Part shown: positions 37,873 through 42,630 of the stretch, piece after piece | Layout: each line of letters begins with the position of its first letter | Numbering within the stretch: position 1 is the first letter of the stretch | The notes under the pieces: model-generated | Databases searched by the model: none | Told to the model about the DNA's origin: nothing | What the model saw: the letters and a program-made list of their open reading frames with translations, nothing else | Made by a program: the position numbers and the translations under genes | Assembly (NCBI GenBank): GCA_045586995.1 | Contig: JAZNBI010000001.1 | Coordinates: forward strand, 1 to 42,630 | Source: Eubacteriales bacterium | Lineage (GTDB): Bacteria; Bacillota; Clostridia; Oscillospirales; CAG-272 | DNA: 42,630 nucleotides | Direction of reading: 5' to 3'

Positions 37873-38517
37873 TTATTGTTTTACATAAGAATTACAAATT
37901 CGCATAGCAGCATCTATATCGCCGCCAATTATTTTCAAAAGACCGTTATAAACGATCTCAAAGGTATCAAAAAGAATTTTTTTGTCCGATTCGCTGAATT
38001 CGGAAACTACCCAATCTACAAGGTCATATTCCGGATGAGGCTTTTCCCCCGCGCCAACTTTAATACGAGGAAATTTATCGGACGAAAGATGAAAAATAAT
38101 ATTTTTTATGCCGTTATGTCCACCGTCACTGCCGTTGCGACGCACACGAAGCCGACCGACGGGAAAAAGAATGTCATCAAAAATTACAATTATATTTTCC
38201 GGAGAAATATTATAAAATTTTGCCGCCTCGCGAACAGCTTCCCCCGAATGATTCATAGAGGTTTGCGGCTTCATAAATAAAACCCGCTTGCCTTCGACTA
38301 CGGCATCGCCCACAAGAGCTTTGAACTTTGCGCGGTTAATCTTTACGCCGAGCTTTTGTGAAATATAATCTAACGCCAAAAAGCCCGTATTGTGACGCGT
38401 GTAAAAATATTTGTCACCCGGATTTCCCAGTCCGACAACCAAATAGGATATCGGCAAAACCGAAGTTGTATTACTTTCCGTACTTATTTTTTTAAACAGA
38501 TCAAAAATGTTAGACAT
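37873..38517 (-). CDS. pth: Peptidyl-tRNA hydrolase
   Basis: GLGNPG, TRHN.GF, KPQTSMN.SG, GSDGGHNG. Confidence 0.97.
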   Translation of the reverse strand: MSNIFDLFKKISTESNTTSVLPISYLVVGLGNPGDKYFYTRHNTGFLALDYISQKLGVKINRAKFKALVGDAVVEGKRVLFMKPQTSMNHSGEAVREAAKFYNISPENIIVIFDDILFPVGRLRVRRNGSDGGHNGIKNIIFHLSSDKFPRIKVGAGEKPHPEYDLVDWVVSEFSESDKKILFDTFEIVYNGLLKIIGGDIDAAMRICNSYVKQ

Positions 38518-38597
38518 ATATAAGTCAATCTCCCCTCCGAAAACCCGAGCTTACACACAAAAAATATCATTCGGCTTCAAAATTAGATTTGAATTAT

Positions 38598-38626
38598 ATT
38601 ATACACTATTTGAATAAATATGTCAA
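38598..38626 (-). promoter_or_regulatory. Consensus sigma-A promoter for pth-mfd-prsA
   Basis: TTGACA-17-TATAAT. Confidence 0.75.
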
Positions 38627-38797
38627 TTTTTATTTAAAAGCTTTTTGTTCACAAAAAATTTACATTTTTTTGGTAACATTTTTGGAAAAATATAGATATC
38701 CATACAAATTTGTGTTATAATATTTGGTGCTGCTTATGCCTATGGACATGCTGATTTGTTTAAAAGGCAGTATTTTTCATTATAAGGAGGAAATTAT

Positions 38798-41428
38798 ATG
38801 GCAAAAAAATATGTGTACTTGTTTACGGAGGGTAATTCCGGGATGCGCAATCTCCTCGGAGGTAAAGGCGCGAACCTTGCAGAAATGACTAATATAGGTC
38901 TTCCCGTTCCTCAAGGTTTTACAATTTCGACCGAAGCTTGCACAAAATATTACGAAGACGGTAAAAAAATCAATCCTGAAATTCAAGCTCAGATAATGGA
39001 ATATATCGAGAAGATGGAGCAGATCACCGGTAAAAAATTCGGTGATTCCGAAAATCCTCTTCTCGTTTCCGTACGTTCCGGCGCTCGTGCTTCAATGCCC
39101 GGAATGATGGATACTATACTTAATCTCGGTCTTAACGAGGATGTAGTTAAGGTTATTGCCGCTAAATCCGGTAATCCGCGTTGGGCGTGGGACTGTTACA
39201 GAAGATTTATTCAGATGTACTCCGACGTAGTTATGGAAGTAGGTAAAAAGTACTTTGAAGAGCTTATTGATAAGCTCAAGGCACAGAAAGGTATTACTCT
39301 CGACGTAGATCTTACCGCAGAGGACCTTGCAACCTTGGCTCACCAATTTAAAGCAGAATATAAGGCAAAAATCGGCGAAGACTTCCCCGATGATCCCAAG
39401 GAACAGCTTATGGGCGCTATCAAGGCCGTTTTCCGTTCATGGGACAACCCGAGAGCAAACTATTACAGAATGCAAAATGACATTCCTTACAGCTGGGGTA
39501 CAGCCGTCAACGTTCAGATGATGGCATTCGGTAATATGGGTGACACCTCGGGAACAGGTGTTGCATTTACACGTGACCCCGCAACAGGCGAAAAGAAGCT
39601 TATGGGTGAATTCCTTATGAACGCTCAGGGAGAAGACGTTGTTGCAGGTGTTCGTACGCCTATGCCTATTTCAAAGCTTCAGGAGGTTATGCCCGAGGTA
39701 TTTGATCAATTCGTAAATATTTGTCATATTCTTGAAAACCATTACAGAGATATGCAGGATATGGAATTTACCATTGAAGATAAACATCTTTATATGCTGC
39801 AGACACGTAACGGTAAAAGAACCGCTCACGCAGCGCTCAAAATCGCTTGCGACCTCGTTGACGAGGGTATGATCACCGAAAAAGAAGCGCTTCTTATGAT
39901 AGACCCCAAACAGCTTGATGCTCTTCTTCACCCGCAGTTTGATGCTAAGGCGCTTAAGGCAGCAAAGCCGGTTGCAACAGCATTGCCCGCATCTCCCGGT
40001 GCGGCTTGCGGTAAAATAGTATTTACCGCCGAAGATGCTATCAAAACCGCCCAAGCAGGCGAAAAGGTCGTTTTGGTTCGTCTTGAAACCTCTCCCGAGG
40101 ATATTGAGGGTATGCACTGGTCGCAAGGTATTCTTACCGTTCGCGGCGGTATGACATCTCACGCAGCAGTTGTTGCGCGCGGAATGGGTACTTGCTGTGT
40201 TTCAGGATGCGGTGCTATAAAAATGGACGAAGAGAACAAGCAATTTGAGCTTGCAGGCAGAATATATAAAGAGGGTGACGTTATCTCCCTTGACGGTTCT
40301 ACAGGTAATATTTACGGTGAAGCCATTGCCACAGCGCCCGCAACTATAAGCGGCGAATTCGGCAGAATTATGGCTTGGGCTGATAAATACAGAAAGCTTC
40401 AGGTTCGCACAAACGCCGATACTCCCAAGGATGCAAAGCAAGCCCGTGCTTTCGGCGCAGAAGGAATCGGACTTTGTCGTACAGAGCATATGTTCTTTGA
40501 TCCCGACAGAATTCAGGCAATTCGCGAAATGATTTGTTCCGATACAGTTGAAGACAGAGAAAAAGCTCTTGAAAAATTGTTGCCCATGCAGCAGAGCGAC
40601 TTTGAAGCGCTTTATGAAGCTCTTGAGGGTTGTCCGGTTACAATTCGTTTCTTGGATCCTCCGCTTCACGAGTTCGTTCCGACTGACGACGATGACATTG
40701 AGGAATTGGCAAAAGCTCAAGGCAAGTCCGTACAGCAGATCAAAGAAATTATTGCTTCTCTTCACGAGTTCAACCCTATGATGGGACACAGAGGATGCCG
40801 TCTTGCAGTTACCTATCCGGAAATTGCCGCAATGCAGACAAGAGCCGTTATCAGAGCAGCTATCAATGTTCAGAAAAATCATTCTGATTGGAAGGTAGTT
40901 CCTGAAATTATGATTCCGCTCGTTGGTGAATTCAAGGAATTGGCAGCTGTAAAGAAGACCGTAACCACCGTTGCAGACGAAGAAATAAGCAGATCCGGAG
41001 TAGATATGCACTATAAAGTAGGTACAATGATTGAAATTCCGCGTGCGGCTCTCACCGCTGACGAAATTGCAACAGAAGCTGAATTCTTCTCCTTCGGTAC
41101 AAACGACCTTACACAGATGACATTCGGCTTTAGCCGTGATGATGCAGGTAAATTCTTGCCGGCATACTACGAAAACAAGATTTATGAAGACGACCCGTTT
41201 GCAAGACTCGACCAAAAAGGTGTTGGTAAGCTTGTTAAGATGGCAGCAGAGCTCGGAAAAGCAACCCGCCCCGACATTAAGCTCGGTATCTGCGGAGAGC
41301 ACGGCGGCGATCCGTCTTCCGTCGAATTCTGCCACAACGTTGGATTAACTTATGTATCCTGCTCACCGTTCAGAGTTCCGATCGCTCGTCTTGCAGCAGC
41401 GCAGGCAGCTATCAAGGAGTCTAAATAA
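38798..41428 (+). CDS. ppdK: Pyruvate, phosphate dikinase
   Basis: LLGGKGANLAEM, SVRSGARASMPGMMDT, GGMTSHAAV (phospho-His), GIGLCRTEHMF, GICGEHGGD. Confidence 0.98.
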   Translation: MAKKYVYLFTEGNSGMRNLLGGKGANLAEMTNIGLPVPQGFTISTEACTKYYEDGKKINPEIQAQIMEYIEKMEQITGKKFGDSENPLLVSVRSGARASMPGMMDTILNLGLNEDVVKVIAAKSGNPRWAWDCYRRFIQMYSDVVMEVGKKYFEELIDKLKAQKGITLDVDLTAEDLATLAHQFKAEYKAKIGEDFPDDPKEQLMGAIKAVFRSWDNPRANYYRMQNDIPYSWGTAVNVQMMAFGNMGDTSGTGVAFTRDPATGEKKLMGEFLMNAQGEDVVAGVRTPMPISKLQEVMPEVFDQFVNICHILENHYRDMQDMEFTIEDKHLYMLQTRNGKRTAHAALKIACDLVDEGMITEKEALLMIDPKQLDALLHPQFDAKALKAAKPVATALPASPGAACGKIVFTAEDAIKTAQAGEKVVLVRLETSPEDIEGMHWSQGILTVRGGMTSHAAVVARGMGTCCVSGCGAIKMDEENKQFELAGRIYKEGDVISLDGSTGNIYGEAIATAPATISGEFGRIMAWADKYRKLQVRTNADTPKDAKQARAFGAEGIGLCRTEHMFFDPDRIQAIREMICSDTVEDREKALEKLLPMQQSDFEALYEALEGCPVTIRFLDPPLHEFVPTDDDDIEELAKAQGKSVQQIKEIIASLHEFNPMMGHRGCRLAVTYPEIAAMQTRAVIRAAINVQKNHSDWKVVPEIMIPLVGEFKELAAVKKTVTTVADEEISRSGVDMHYKVGTMIEIPRAALTADEIATEAEFFSFGTNDLTQMTFGFSRDDAGKFLPAYYENKIYEDDPFARLDQKGVGKLVKMAAELGKATRPDIKLGICGEHGGDPSSVEFCHNVGLTYVSCSPFRVPIARLAAAQAAIKESK

Positions 41429-41447
41429 TTTGGATTTATAATAAATT

Positions 41448-41532
41448 TATCGCCCTGACGATTTCTCGTCAGGGCGATTTTTATATATAAAGAACTGACC
41501 TTGCAAAAGCAATTTTGCAAGGTCAGTTTTCT
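41448..41532. terminator. Two terminator hairpins between convergent ppdK and activase genes
   Basis: ATCGCCCTGACGA/TCGTCAGGGCGAT followed by T run; AACTGACCTTGCAAAA/TTTTGCAAGGTCAGTT. Confidence 0.8.
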
Positions 41533-41557
41533 ATTAATATAATAAATCTATAAAAAA

Positions 41558-42439
41558 TCAGTTCATACATTCAATTCCGCGAGCGCGAAATTTCTCTCTG
41601 ATTTTTTCAAGGTGATCCTCTTTTGGGAGCTCTTTAGGCAACGTATCATCAATGCCTAACGCCCTATATTTTGATCTTGCAAAATCATGATATGCCAACA
41701 CACGCACTCTTACAAGATTTTTCAATTCAGATACCGTATCCAAAATTTTATCGATTTCGGTATCATTAAAATTCGGGACAAACGGTATTCTAACTTCTAT
41801 TTTCTTACCTAAAGCATCTATTTTCTTAAGGTTCTCCAGAAGGCGTCGGTTTGATCTGCCCGTGCATTTTTTATGTACATCCTCATCAACCGCCTTTAAA
41901 TCATATAAAAAGACATCGGTATATTCTATTACCTTTTCTATATTTTCAAACGGAACGTCACCGCAAGTATCCACAGCGGTATTTATACCCTCCGCCTTCA
42001 TTTTAGAAAGAATTTCACGGCAGGCATCGGGCTGTAAAAGACATTCTCCTCCCGAAAGCGTAATTCCGCCTCCGCTGGTTTCGTAGAAATCCCTATCCTC
42101 CAATAACACCTTGCAAATTTCATCGCAGGATACCGATTTACCGTAAACTATAAGTGCTTGAGCGGGACATTCCTTAGTGCAATTCTGACATAAAACGCAC
42201 TTATCGCGATTTAAAATATGCTTTCCGTCTACTATTGTATGATTTTCACACACCTCGGTACATTTTCCGCAAAGAGTACATTTATGTTCGTAAAAAGCAA
42301 GCTGCGGCTTTGCGCTTATCGTTTCGGGATTGTGACACCAAACGCACTTCAAAGGACAGCCTTTAAAGAACACCGTAGTTCTGATGCCGTCGCCGTCGTG
42401 CACGGCGAAACGTTTGATATCCGTAATATTTGCAATCAT
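41558..42439 (-). CDS. Glycyl-radical enzyme activating protein (radical SAM with ferredoxin insert)
   Basis: HDGDGIRTTVFFKGCPLKCVWCHNPE, two CxxCxxCxxxC motifs, GGITLSGGE. Confidence 0.93.
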   Translation of the reverse strand: MIANITDIKRFAVHDGDGIRTTVFFKGCPLKCVWCHNPETISAKPQLAFYEHKCTLCGKCTEVCENHTIVDGKHILNRDKCVLCQNCTKECPAQALIVYGKSVSCDEICKVLLEDRDFYETSGGGITLSGGECLLQPDACREILSKMKAEGINTAVDTCGDVPFENIEKVIEYTDVFLYDLKAVDEDVHKKCTGRSNRRLLENLKKIDALGKKIEVRIPFVPNFNDTEIDKILDTVSELKNLVRVRVLAYHDFARSKYRALGIDDTLPKELPKEDHLEKIREKFRARGIECMN

Positions 42440-42441
42440 AA

Positions 42442-42630
42442 TTATACCTCTTTTTTATTATTTTTAATTTGACTCAAATTTCCAATAATAATTCCGGCAG
42501 AGATCAATATAAACGATGCAAGATATTGCCATTTAAAGATATCCTCTCCCAAAAGCAACCAACCGAAAACGCATGCCAAGAGAGGTTCGGAAAACTTAAT
42601 TATAAACAATTTAGAAAGCTCTGATTCTTT
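42442..42630 (-). CDS. Partial (3' end) DMT/EamA family transporter
   Basis: Manual translation ...KFSEPLLACVFGWLLLGEDIFKWQYLASFILISAGIIIG...*; matches the EamA C-terminal pattern. Confidence 0.75.
   Translation of the reverse strand, partial: KESELSKLFIIKFSEPLLACVFGWLLLGEDIFKWQYLASFILISAGIIIGNLSQIKNNKKEV

Noticed and set aside
40202-41335. 377-aa antisense ORF in ppdK (also 34238-34978 in mfd and many shorter ones)
   Set aside because: Shadow frames of strongly codon-biased conserved genes; no RBS or recognisable motifs

Overview
Chromosomal window from a low-GC, probably spore-forming Firmicute (Clostridia-like: spoVAC, thiT with TPP riboswitch, pth-mfd-prsA, ppdK, nifS/nifU, type A RNase P RNA). 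The most striking element is at the left end (1-4085). A XerD-like tyrosine recombinase sits beside a ~250-bp segment bounded by a perfect 49-bp inverted repeat. The repeat is built from tandem 31-bp dif-like sites (2 on the left, 3 on the right), and the segment carries a near-consensus sigma-A promoter. As assembled, the promoter points away from the adjacent operon into a terminator (OFF). Inversion would aim it through a 75-nt hairpin leader into a TetR / double zinc-ribbon / triple TasA(CalY)-like membrane protein / secreted-subunit operon. This looks like a phase-variable switch for a TasA-type surface fibre. The middle holds a ~13.5-kb atypical carbohydrate ABC cluster (1210-aa binding protein, four permeases, NHL-TPR-YIP1 protein, DUF5696-like protein, no ATPase) with a structured leader, next to a GH-like TIM-barrel gene, yhcH and pfkB. 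The right third is mostly housekeeping. All family calls come from motif recognition by eye; no database searches were run.
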